Shown piece by piece: positions 11,560 to 22,520 of a stretch of DNA of 64,000 bases. Source of the DNA: Podarcis erhardii (Eukaryota); the NCBI GenBank assembly GCA_964252035.1, contig OZ176201.1, one strand, 5' to 3'. Every line of letters starts with the position of its first letter. Positions within the stretch are counted from its first letter, which is position 1. A model generated the notes under the pieces. That model worked only from the letters and a program-made list of their open reading frames with translations, did not search any database and was not told where the DNA came from. A program made the position numbers and the translations under genes.

Positions 11560-11860
11560 CTAAAGGGCTGTGTCTAAGGCCTCAAGAAGGATTTTTGAGG
11601 AGGTTGGCAGAATGGAGAGTCACACCATCCCTTAAAGTTCTGGAAGACAGTTTAGGATACAAGGGGCAATAAGACACAGAGGGTGGATCGTTTTGAAGGA
11701 GCTGAGATCCTTTGAATGGTTTATGATGATGGAACAACAGGTGTAAAGATCAGTGTCAGAGATCTCTTGGGATATGAAAATGCAAGATTAACAGGGTAAG
11801 GTCAAGGAGGATTTGAAAGAAAGATTTGTGTGGATCTGAAAGTAGATAAGACATTGGCAG
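11560..11860 (-). mobile_element. Old, highly decayed L2-like fragment
   Basis: Purine-rich sequence with AAGGAGGATTTGAAAG..GATCTGAAAG..GGCAGTGG resembling antisense L2 ORF2; weak similarity only. Confidence 0.35.
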
Positions 11861-12029
11861 TGGATGTTGTTCAGTGGTGGAGAACATCCTTTGCATTACA
11901 GAATGCCCTAAGTTCAGTCCCTGGCATAGTTAGTTAAACCACACTGGGAATTGTAGCTGTCTGAGAGGAAGAGGGGTAACAGCTCTCATATGGTTTGACC
12001 CTGGTATAAGACAGTTTCCTATTTTCCTT
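11861..12029 (+). mobile_element. tRNA-derived squamate SINE (family 1)
   Basis: A-box-like TCAGTGGTGGAGAACAT, B-box-like AGTTCAGTCCCTGGCAT and tail GGTATAAGACAGTTTCCTATTTTCCT, complementary to the tail of the 47846 copy. Confidence 0.65.
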
Positions 12030-13292
12030 AAGAAGGGGTGTCACATGGAGGTAAATGAAAATGTTGGCAGAGTTCTACACAGAAATATGGCAATGAAGAA
12101 AGCTTCAGGCACTTAGACTTACTAGTGTCTCTTTTTCAGGGCTGTAGTTAATGTTGTGATGGGGAGAAATGAACTTCTGTTCTCTGAGTTCCCTGGTGCA
12201 CTGGTTTAAAATATCAAGAAAGGGGCAATTTGGCTAGGATGCTGCACACCTTCCTTAGTGACTTTTCCCCTTTGGCCTCATGTGTTTCTTTAAAATATGT
12301 TGATTCTTTTATATATTATCTAGACAATGTATCCCTTGCCCTTTCGGTATTTCAGTTGCTTAGCGTGACTTGCAACAATTAAAAACAAAACCATCCCCTA
12401 CAATAAAAGTTTAAACAACAGCATAAAAATGGAAACAGGTTCAGCAGGTTCAGGGGTTTTGTGATGGAGAGAGAGAAAATGTTTTACTATGTAGAAGTAT
12501 TTAAGTTTTCTCTACATTCTCCTTGTTCTCTCCTTTAAATGTGTATGTGGCTAAAGGTTTTTCCCCCTCTTCACCATGGATTTATGTTACTTTCTTTTCA
12601 ACTCAAGATTTGTGTTCCTTTGAGAGAATATGCACTTTTCCTATTTAAAATAATGTGTGTTAATAGGCATACTTTATCTGAGTAACTTGTGCAAGCATAC
12701 CAAAAAAGCATGTTAAATAAATGAAATTGTTTGTTCCAGACATAGAAGCTACTTTTTAGTGAGCATTCAGTGGAATTGTGATGTGTCGACTTGACGAACT
12801 GAAGCACGTACACCAGGCTCATAAACATTGCTTTAGTGTTTGCCTTTATTGTCATGAGACTTTTTACTGTGACAATTAAAAATGAAGTTTTATGGTTGTC
12901 TTATATCATAGTTGTAGTTTTTAAGATCTGTAATAAACACACACATTGCAGCTGGTGCAAAAACCAGAAATGTTCTCCTGATGTGAATGTTCAACTCTGG
13001 TGCTATTTTAATGGGCAATACCTACTTTTAAGTAAATATTCCATTTTGTTGATGCTTGTCTAGTTATAAACAGTTTTATAGCCAATGGCAGTAGCAGGAG
13101 TGGAAAAGATTAGCTTGATCGGTTGTTTGAAAGGAAACACTGAATGACTTCCCCTTGGATTTTGCAAGGATTTTTTGTTTTATGCTCTGTTTTCATTTGC
13201 ATCTTTTCCTGCTGATGAAACTGAGAATTTGTAATAGTTTTCAATCTAATCTCTATTGTAAGTAAATTCAGACTTTCCCCCCTTGCTTGTAG

Positions 13293-13416
13293 GTCTTTTT
13301 CCAGCACCTTCAAGACAAAAGCCATGCAGCAAATGCCATGCAAGTTTGCTTGTTTCTTTAGGGTCACCAAAGTAAGAGGAGTTACATTTCAACAGTTAAA
13401 TTTCATCAAGCGAATG
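13293..13416 (+). CDS. COX10: COX10 exon 2; likely start ATG at 13324 (MQQMPCKFACFFRVTKVRGVTFQQLNFIKRM)
   Basis: Acceptor CTTTCCCCCCTTGCTTGTAG|, donor ATG|GTAAGT. Translation aligns without gaps to human exon 2 as recalled (P.KF...R......TFQ...F.KRM). ATG13324 has context GCCATG. Confidence 0.88.
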
Positions 13417-14000
13417 GTAAGTTGGTGTAATACTGTGTAGTGCTACAAAAGGCAGTGAAAATCAAGACTCTGCATTCATTGTACTGTATAGATTTCTCGC
13501 ATAATAGTATTCATTACTTACAAAGGGAAAACAAAGACTATTCCATGAAACTTCTTGAAGGGAAAATAAATAAATAATGTGATTATAGCAGTGATGTGAG
13601 GTGAAGCTTTTTTCTATAAATATCTGGTGTTAGTCATACACAGAATAGACTGATTAAAATCAGTGCACTTAAATCCACTGATTTCATTGTGTCTACTCTT
13701 GAGTTTGCTTTAGTTGCATATCAGTGACAAAGAACTTTCCTTGTTGAAACAGCATAAACAGTTTACAGCTCAAATTAAAACTACTCTCTAGGCCAAAATA
13801 GCTCAAGAGAGGTTTTCACTTTTCTGTATATTTGGGATAATGTGACCTATGTATCCAAGCAATGTGATAGAAACTGCATAATCTAAAACTTTTGAGAATC
13901 TGAATTAAATTTGTAGATACTTACATAGCTTCATAGGCCCACAGAATCTATAATATAAAGTAGTTTATTTTATTTTACAAATTTATATTGTTTTTTTCAG

Positions 14001-14325
14001 TATGTAACACAGCATAGCAAAGCCCTCAGCCAGCGAGCAAAGTTGAAGTCAGAATCAACTGCACCTCCTTTCCTTGAAGGCCAGCATTCAGGTCAGGAAA
14101 AAACGGTTATCCATGAGGTCAGATCGGTTTCACCTCTTTTGCCGCCTTTATCTGAGAAACGAGTTATTAATGAATCGGAAGCACTGAAGTCCACAGTAAT
14201 CGCCGGAGGCACAGTAACTGTAGTAGGACCTGCATCCAAGGAAGAAAAACAATGGAAAGAGATGAAACTAGAGCTGGATGATTTACCAGGCATTTTGGCT
14301 CGTTTGTCCAAAATCAAACTTACAG
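14001..14325 (+). CDS. COX10: COX10 exon 3 (YVTQHSKALSQRAKLKSES...KEEKQWKEMKLELDDLPGILARLSKIKLT)
   Basis: Acceptor TTTTTTTCAG|TAT, donor CAG|GTAATA; 325 nt, phase 0 in and phase 1 out; conserved LPGILARLSKIKLT block. Confidence 0.96.
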
Positions 14326-14362
14326 GTAATATTGTTATTCTTTCAGAGATGTAGGTTATTGC

Positions 14363-14431
<69 letters not shown>

Positions 14432-14435
14432 ATGC
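14363..14435. repeat. Compound (TA)4(TG)12(CG)3(TG)15 microsatellite
   Basis: Read directly; about 73 nt of uninterrupted purine-pyrimidine alternation. Confidence 0.97.
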
Positions 14436-15834
14436 TTCTCCTATTCTTGTTGTAAAAGTAAGGGCTGCAAAGTTCAATGGCATTACTCTAAAATATGCAT
14501 GTTTGGGATGTGCCATGTAGCCAGGCTTTGAAAGGTGAGTTCAATTGAGGGTGACTCAATTGAGGAAGATGGAGACATGTACTATAAAGCAGTTGTACTC
14601 TGATATGAGGAGTTCTTCCTTTATTACCTGTTTGAGCTGCCTTTTTTACATCCTGAGTTGGAGTGGAGCAGAGATTTCTATTTGTGTGCTTGTACCTGGA
14701 ATTATCAAGCAGAGTGTGTTCAAGGTTTTAGAGAAGAAATTAGAAAACCCAAGTTTAATATGCCCTTCCATCTTTGTGCAAGCAACAGACGGCTAAGTCC
14801 CCCTTCTCCAGTGTTCCCTTAAACAAAGTGATGTGGAGAGAGAGAGTTCTATGCTATGTGCTTTCTAGCATGAGTGGATTTATATACTGCTGCTGGTGTG
14901 CAGTAATGGGCAGTTATATTCCATCGTGGCTCCGAAAATGGCGTGGCAGAAAGGGGGAATTCTTTTTGGCTCTCTGCAGAGCTCTTTAAGAGTGCATTAA
15001 TTTAAAACACCTTTCTTGCTGGTTCGTTATGTTTTGTTTCTGAGTGAATAAGATTTGGGTGAGCATGTGACTCTAAATCCTGTTATTTAGTTATAAACCA
15101 CTGCATCATCAAGATATATCACAGTGGTTTACAGTATAAAAACAAAAATCCAAACAATAAAATTATAAAATGTTAAAAAGAAATTAAGAGCAAAAAGAAA
15201 TTAAAACTTCCCTGCCTGACCTTTGATGGTGCCCATTTTTTTGCCCTTGCACCTGTTCTGGATAGGTATAACCAGGGTACTACAGCATGGTAATATACCT
15301 GATGTTGGTGTAACCTTTGGCTGTGCAGGCACAAGGGAACTTAGTTTGTATCCATTGCTTGTGCTGCCAGCATAAGTCATATCTTTCTTTGTGCAGTTTA
15401 ACCTTGATTAAACAAACCTAAAGTTTCAGTACCTTAAGCTGAGACTGTCTCAGGCCAAGTAATTGTGTAAGCAATCTATCTGTTAATACAAAATCAAAGC
15501 ACTGTATCCAGTGGTCACACAAGTAGATGGCAACTCACACAACCAATCTTTCTCTTACTTGTTTCCCCTTGCAAAACCTCTTTGGAAGGTTGGGAGGGCC
15601 TTTGCTAAAGAGTATGTAAGAGGCTGAAGGGAAGTAATCACCTCAAATCAGGCAGGGAAGCTTGGCACAACCCAAAATAAGCATAAATGAGAACCCATAT
15701 TTGCAGCGGTTGTGTGGGTTGAATTTTAGAACTAAATATACTTGCTACACATAGTGGATGATGATCGTAGATGCTAATAATGTGCCTCACATGGGTCAAG
15801 TAGGCTATTACAATTTTAATTCATTGATTAATTT

Positions 15835-16025
15835 AAATAAAATACCGCCCTTCATCCAAAGATCACAGGGCAGTTTACAACACACAAAAACAAAATGCAA
15901 AACATAACAAAAACAGAAATAAATACACTCCCCCCCCCAACACCATTAAAAAGCCATATATTGTTTTAATACCCAATGGCCTGGTTGAAGAGGAAGGTTT
16001 TCCCCTGGTGCCTAAGGACAAGTGA
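15835..16025 (-). mobile_element. L2 3' end fragment
   Basis: ATACCGCCCTTCATCC..GATCACAGGGCAGTTTACAAC, A-rich spacer, then GGCCTGGTTGAAGAGGAAGGTTTT; same family as the 25210 copy. Confidence 0.75.
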
Positions 16026-18841
16026 ACATTCAAAAGAAGTAATTGTTTTGAAGCTTGGGAATATTGTGTGTTCACTTTTTAGGAATTTGGGTTATTTATA
16101 CCAAGTACTGTAAAGTCTGAATAGAGAGTAAGCATTGTCTTATATTTTGCTTCATTGATAGAATGCTTCTTTATTTAATTGAGTTACTGAGAGCAGAAAT
16201 TAGTTCTTAAACATTTAAATCTCCTAGACGTTTTAATAAAAAACTCATTATCTTATTTCGTTCCCTAATACTGGTTACAAAACGTTTGGTTTTCTAGGCG
16301 GCTCTAATTTTAGTTGTTGTTCTCCTACCAAGAATACAATATAGTACTCCTAGACTTTGCAGTGGTGCACATTCCACCAAAGGTATTCCATAGATTTTAC
16401 AGATTCTTGATAGGTACTATATTGTAGTTTCATAAAGAATTGTTTTTCTTGATGCACAGAGGAAGCAAAATAAAAGAGTTCGCACTTCAGCTTCTCTTCC
16501 TCCAAAAGTTCCCTGATATAACATAGCATCACAATCTGCTTTATTTTTAGGGCTCCTGCTTAGTTTCTGCAAGAAGTGTTACGAACATTTGTTTCAAATT
16601 ACTGTTAAATGCAAGAATGCTTTAAGTACTTAGCCTCTTTTTAATGTTCATGCTGTAACCTCTAATGAAACATATATAACTACTCCAAACAAATCTAGGC
16701 TTACTAAGTAAACAAATTGGTGAGTCTCCTACCACTAGCATTACTCTTATATTTAGTGTTTCAGTGAACAAAGTGTGAGAATGTAAGGAGAAAAACATTC
16801 ATGCCAAGCGCTTTAGGAGAATGGTAGCTTTCCTTGGGGAAATATTAAAACCTGCAGTAATATGATCAAATTCCTCCCCCACAAATTAAATAAGAAACAC
16901 ACCTTTTTCTCCAGCTTAGTTTTAGCATAGAAGTTTAGCGTAGGGATTTCATTTTAAAAGCTCAAATGAAAAAGGCTGGGATTAAAATTTAATTTTCTAT
17001 ATTTTAAATGTTCTAAGAGTTTGGGTTTTTATTTTATTGCCACTATTGGAAAGTCATAAGCAACCTTGAGATGGGCATATATGGATATTTTTTTTTAGCG
17101 TACAGTATATGACAAACTAGTAGAATGTGAGTATGTTTGTTTAAAAAAAAATCACGTTTAACTTTAGCTGTCAATGTGCAATCTGCAGACTCTTTTCCTT
17201 TCAAGTTTGGAGTCTATGGGAAAGGTGTAACCACTTTTACATCTAGATGTAGCTGCTTTTTGCAGGTATTGGCTGTGTGACCAAGTTCCCCAAGCACTCC
17301 TGAAGTTGCCACCCATTAGCTGATGGGTGGTGACTTCAGTCCTTCTTGCTGCAGGGATCAACTTCCTCAAGGGGAACCTGATTGCACAGGCAATCCAGCC
17401 ATGTCTCTAGCTGCCCCACCCTATCCTTAGGGTATGGATAGGTACATATGGAAGGATGCATTCCATTAGGTACCGAGTTCTCAAGCTGTTTTAAGATGTC
17501 ATGGGTCAAAACCAGGACCTCTACCTGGGCTCAGCAATGAAGCTAATGCACTTAAGGGAGGACTGAGAAAGAATTAAAGAATTCTGAACCAATGATTTTG
17601 TTTTGAATACAATAACTGAACTGAGATCACAGTTCTTCATTCAAAATTAACTTCTGCCCCAACTCCAATTTTCATTTGAGCAGTAAAATGTAGGGTTTGC
17701 TGGGAAGAGTCATTTTGTTACCATCAAGCAATGTTAGAAGTTTGAAATCTTTGCTGATCTATTTCAAATCACCCAGAGTTTTACCTCCCCACCCACTCTA
17801 CTTTATAGTAGGCAGCTCTAAAAGTTAGAAAGGCATAGATGAAGGTCTCTAGGTCTTGCTTTAGCCAAGGCCCTGATGATGCACTTGACAGCATAAACTT
17901 TGTTTTATGAGTGTGGGATACTGGGCAAGCTTACAGAAATAATCTATTCCAGTTGGATAAATGAGAATGTAGTGCAGCTGCTTTTAATGAGATCCTGATA
18001 AGTCGCAATGAAATGACTGCCTGAAATTAATCTGGAGAAATCAATGGAGACTTTAATTAGAACACTGGCTACAGTATGTTAGAACTTCTTTGAGGGTCAT
18101 TGTAATGATAATGCCATACAGACAGCTCCCCCTCCCTCCTTCTATAAATGAACTGGTGTTTTGTTAAAATAAATAGATTTTGAGTATTTGCTCTGATAAA
18201 TTTAATTAAAACTTCTTGTCAGAATTTAAAGGAAGGCATTTACCTTTACTAATGGAAACCCAGTGTTTCTGACAAAACTCAAATAGGAAGGCAGCAAAAT
18301 ATGTCGTTTGTGATTTTTTTCTGGCACCACCATTGACTTACCTCTCCACCTCCATCTTTCCTTTATTTAATTTCAGCCTTAATTTTTTCATTATGCTGTT
18401 TTTTAACTGTCATAAGGCTAGAAGGGTGGAAGAGAGAGCTGAGTAATGTGATAGTGGTTGCACATGTGACTTTAGCTTCCTGGTTATGGGAATATGCCTA
18501 GTTGCTTGGTGGAAATTGATACTCACCCTAGGCAAGTTGCTAAAGGCCACGTGCAGAGAGCATACTACTATGTGCCAACATGGGAACACACCCTCATATT
18601 TTTGAGAGCAGGAGCAGCTTTTTCTATTTCCCCTGTTTTAATCATGAGGCAGGGGGGAGGACACTGTTTTCATGGCAGTATTATCAAAAAGAGTAAGGAT
18701 GACTCAGAGCTGGAAAAACTCAAGTTGTCTGTGAAGTTGTCTTTATAATATTGTAATTGATATGCAGTGGTTCCAGCTGCAAAACTGTAAGTGATATATT
18801 TTATTAACATGTTGGTACTAAAGTGTGTGTTTGCATTACAG

Positions 18842-18966
18842 CCCTGGTTGTAAGTACTGCCTCAGCTGGATTTGCAATGGCACCTGTACCGTTTGACCTA
18901 ACGTGTTTCCTGCTTGCCTCCCTTGGAACAGGCCTATCGTCCTGTGCTGCTAATTCCATCAACCAG
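18842..18966 (+). CDS. COX10: COX10 exon 4 ([42 protein letters not shown]), first TM helices of the UbiA prenyltransferase domain
   Basis: Acceptor TTTGCATTACAG|, donor CAG|GTTGGT; 125 nt; phase matches exon 3; ends in the ANSINQ motif. Confidence 0.97.
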
Positions 18967-19599
18967 GTTGGTCCTTCATCATTATCTTGTCTTCACAGCT
19001 CAGTGCTATGAATATACAAAGTTACTCATTTTTGCAGTTCCTGTGTGATGATAGATCAAAATATGAACATCAAGCATAACATGTTTATTTGGGAACACGA
19101 GTTAAGACAGCATTAAAGCCTTGTCAAAGTGGTGCTACTTTTGATGGTATAAAAGCGGCAGTTGGGGTGCAAGCAGTTTTTCTGGCTCCCAAAGACTTCA
19201 CATATTTTGGCAGCAGTAGTAAAAATAAACAAAATAGACACAGTGCTGGGTTGGGGGGAACTGAGGAAAATTCAAGTGTACATTCTTGAAACTATGGTTT
19301 ATAAGGCTTCTGCCTTATAATGGGAGGGAATTTCAAAGGGTAGGTGCTGCCATGCTAAAGGTGCAATTCTGAGATCCTGTGGAATGGACCTTTGGATAGG
19401 TTTGTATCAGCTGGATGCCCTCATGCAGAATATAGTGGTCAGCTGGGTATGTAGGGGATGAGATGATCTTTTTGGTACCCTGTTCTCATGCTGCATAAGG
19501 CTTTTTAGTCCAGTACAGCACCTTGAACCTAGCCTGGTAGCTAATTTGCAGCCAGTGCAATTCTTTCAGCAGTGGTGTAATCTGATTGTGATATTCCAC

Positions 19600-19995
19600 C
19601 CTACTGAGTGATCAAGCTGCCACCTTTTGCACTAGTTGCAGCTCCAAGGGCAGCCCCACATAAGCACATTGCAGTAATCCCATCTGGAGTTATGAGCGCA
19701 TAGCCAACAGTGGTTAGGCTATCCCGATACACAAATGGCTGGAGCTGTCTTACCAACCCAAGCTGGTAAAATGCACTCCTAGCCACCAAGGCCTCTAGTG
19801 ACAGATATAGATCCAGAAGTGCTCCCAGATTATGAGCCTGCTCTTTCAGTGAGAGCATGACCCCATCCAAAGCAAGGAGTGGACTAATTTTCCGAACTCG
19901 GACTTACCCACAGCAAGTCCATCTTTAGAGGTTGGTTCATTGGCTGTCATTCAACCACTGAATCCAGGCACTGGTCCAGGGTTTGCATGGCCTCT
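19600..19995 (-). mobile_element. L2 ORF2 (RT-downstream) fragment
   Basis: Minus-strand ORF 19601-19870 reads LGALLDLYLSLEALVARSAFYQLGLVRQLQPFVYRDSLTTV, resembling the L2 motif LGVxLDxxL..VARSAFYQLRLVRQLRP.L. Confidence 0.85.
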
Positions 19996-20087
19996 CCTGA
20001 TTCAGATGTTACAGAGAAATAGAACTGGCTTTTAGTAGTAGTAATACTACTAATCATGTGTATAGGGCAGAGTTCACAGAGCCTTTA

Positions 20088-20329
20088 CAGTGGTACCTCC
20101 GATTATGAACTTAATACGTTCTGGAGGTCTTTTCTTAAGCCGAAACCGTTCATAACCCAAGGCACGCTTTCACTAATGGCGCCTCCCGCTGCTGTTGCAC
20201 TGCCAGCATGCAACTTCCACTCGCATCTCGGGGCAAAGTTCGCAACCAGGAGCATCTACTTCCAGTTTAGCGTAGCTCGTAACCCGAAGCGTTTGCAAGG
20301 AGGACAGTACTTAACACAAGGTTCCACTG
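20088..20329 (+). mobile_element. Tigger-like MITE, 242 bp
   Basis: TA | CAGTGGTACCT ... AGGTTCCACTG | TA; collinear with the 3378 and 60340 copies. Confidence 0.88.
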
Positions 20330-20331
20330 TA

Positions 20332-20573
20332 AAGTGGTACCTCAGGTTACAGACGCTTCAGGTTACAGACGCTTCAGGTTACAGACTCCACTAACCCAGA
20401 AATAGTACCTTGGGTTAAGAACTTTGCTTCAGGATGAGAACAGAAATCGCGCAGCAGCGGCACGGCGGCAGCAGGAGGCCCCATTAGCTAAAGTGGTGCT
20501 TCAGGTTAAGAACAGTTTTAGGTTAAGAACAGACCTCCAGAACAAATTAAGTTCTTAACCTGAGGTACCACTG
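20332..20573 (-). mobile_element. Tigger-like MITE, 242 bp, inverted relative to its neighbour
   Basis: TA | AAGTGGTACCTC ... GAGGTACCACTG | TA; close reverse complement of 60340-60560; internal TCAGGTTACAGAC x3. Confidence 0.92.
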
Positions 20574-21013
20574 TATAGTTTTTTTAAAAAGCATATTTCT
20601 TAGTTTACAAAAGTATATGCAATGTCTCTTTTTTCCAGTTGCGTTTTCTACAGATCAGTTTCATTTGCTGTGAGACATTAGTGTTACATTAGGAAGGAAA
20701 GGGGGAAAGAGGTAGAGGGGGAAATGGTGAGTGGGGTGGGGTTGGGTGGCAATGCTTCTATTCTACTTAGTGTATGTGAGCCTTTATAGTTTTTGTGCTT
20801 TCCCTCAAAATATACCTGTGGAGTAGGTTACTGGTTGTTACTGAGGCTGAGTGACAAATTACTTTCGTGTGATGTTGGCATCACAAAAGAGCCAAACTAC
20901 ACATGACATAATATCAGAATTTGCAACTATGGTGATGCAGTATAGATGCAGTAGGTCCTTTTTGCAACAAGGCAGGTGGAGGCAACATCACTGAACAAGT
21001 GACAAATACAAAG

Positions 21014-21161
21014 TCATAGAATCGTAGAATTGTAGAGTTGGAAGAGACACTGAGCATCATCTAGTCCAGCCCCCTGTCATGCAGGAATATGCAGTTGTCC
21101 CATATAGGGATCGAACCTGCAACCTTGGCATTATCGGCACCACACTCTAACAAGCTGAGCT
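21014..21161 (-). mobile_element. tRNA-Ile-like SINE with CR1-type 3' tail (family 2)
   Basis: Reverse strand reads AGCTCAGCTTGTTAGAGTGTGGTGCCGATAATGCCAAGGTTGCAGGTTCGATCCC (tRNA-Ile(AAT)-like with A and B boxes) and ends TCTTCCAACTCTACAATTCTACGATTCTATGA, a CR1-type tail. Confidence 0.85.
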
Positions 21162-22039
21162 CCACCAAAGTCTTGAACAAAAGGTTTGTTGAGCTACAAG
21201 ATTTGTATATGTGTAATATAATGCACCACCCTCAAGTCCGGGGGGTGGGGTAGAATAGGAAAGAAATCCCAATGATTAATTGCCCATTTCTGTTTTATTA
21301 AACAAGTGGGGGGGGGGGAATGGAAATCCCACCCTGTGATGTGATCCTGGAGGCAAATTATGTTTTCCTCAGTCTCAGTCACTTTACCTAACCTGCTTTT
21401 ACTTTAGTTCAATACCCATTTTAGGGTTGTAAACCTGTTTTCTGATCTCCTTATGAAAACTGAAAATCAAGCTTTTATAGTGTCAGATCTTTATGTAGAA
21501 AGAATATCTTTTTTTTGAGTTCAGAGATTGATTTATGGCACTGCCATGCAGATAAAACGTGTACTGTTGTTTACAACAAAACGTACAACATTGAAATATT
21601 GAAAGATTGCATGTTCCTCTTAGAAGTCAAGTGCATTCTTCTGAGACTGTGGAATGGTTCAAAGTGGAAGAAGATTGTAAAGATGAAAGCAGGATGTTTA
21701 AAATGGTTTGAATTTAGTAGTTGAAAGATAAACTGCTATGGTTAGGTTTGAGTGATAGTACCTTGAGAAAGAAGCAGATGGAATTGCATATCTTGTATAG
21801 AACTTCTAAAACTTACAGTGGAAATTAAAGAAAACAACGCACAGGGAAAGAGAACAAATCAAAAGTGATGATATACTAACCCCTTCTGATTTGTGGGGGG
21901 CAGGAAGGGGAATGTGCTTCAGATAATTGTATTGCACATCTGCAATAGCTGTACTTCTGGCATTTGATGTAAAATGCTTGCTAATTTTTGTTCTTATAAA
22001 CATTTCTTAAAATTAATAAAGAAAAGCCAGAAGATGGGT

Positions 22040-22520
22040 GGTTGTGCCTAGCCTAGACTAGCTCTCTATGCACTGGCAGCACTAAAATGCATTGTACCTG
22101 GGCTTCCCTTTGAGGACCAGTGGGTTTTCAGCTGGAACCCACTGGAACTGAGTTCTAGCACCTCTTAGTTGTGTTCCGACAGCTCTGTAGTGTGGTGGTC
22201 TCACTCCCCTGCACAGCGCTCAGGGCTGCACAACAGGGGTGGTGGGTGGCAGGGCGATTTCAGTGATGCGATGGCGGTGTAGGTTGGTGGCAAAAGTTTT
22301 AAAATTTTCCCTGCGGCTTTGGGTCAAGCAGGTGCTCTCCCTAAAGAAAGCTCAACTACTTTGGGTGGGTGCTCCCCCTAAAAAAAAGGAGAGCTCTGGA
22401 ACCTCATTTTCTATTTAAAAAAAGCCCTGTTGCGGACCATTTGGAAACTACAATTAGTGCAAAACACAGAAAAATATTTTCCGGTTTTGAAACAATACCT
22501 CAGATTCCATTTCATTTATC
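22040..22520 (+). mobile_element. Decayed L2 ORF2 fragment split by a hAT MITE
   Basis: Left piece AATGCATTGTACCTGGGCTTCCCTTTGAGGAC (NALYLGLP.R) resumes after the MITE as TIWKLQLVQN, matching the L2 motif YCNALYxGLPLxTxxKLQLVQNA. Confidence 0.7.
22118..22429. mobile_element. hAT (Tip100-like) MITE, 312 bp
   Basis: Ends CAGTGGGTTTT / AAAAAAGCCCTG; 8-bp TSD TTGAGGAC vs TTGCGGAC (7/8); shares GGAACTGAGTTCTAGCACCTC with the 44850 copy. Confidence 0.8.

Noticed and set aside
21090-21161. tRNA-Ile-like sequence as a functional tRNA gene
   Set aside because: Acceptor stem missing, anticodon arm mutated and fused to a CR1-type tail; it is a SINE head.
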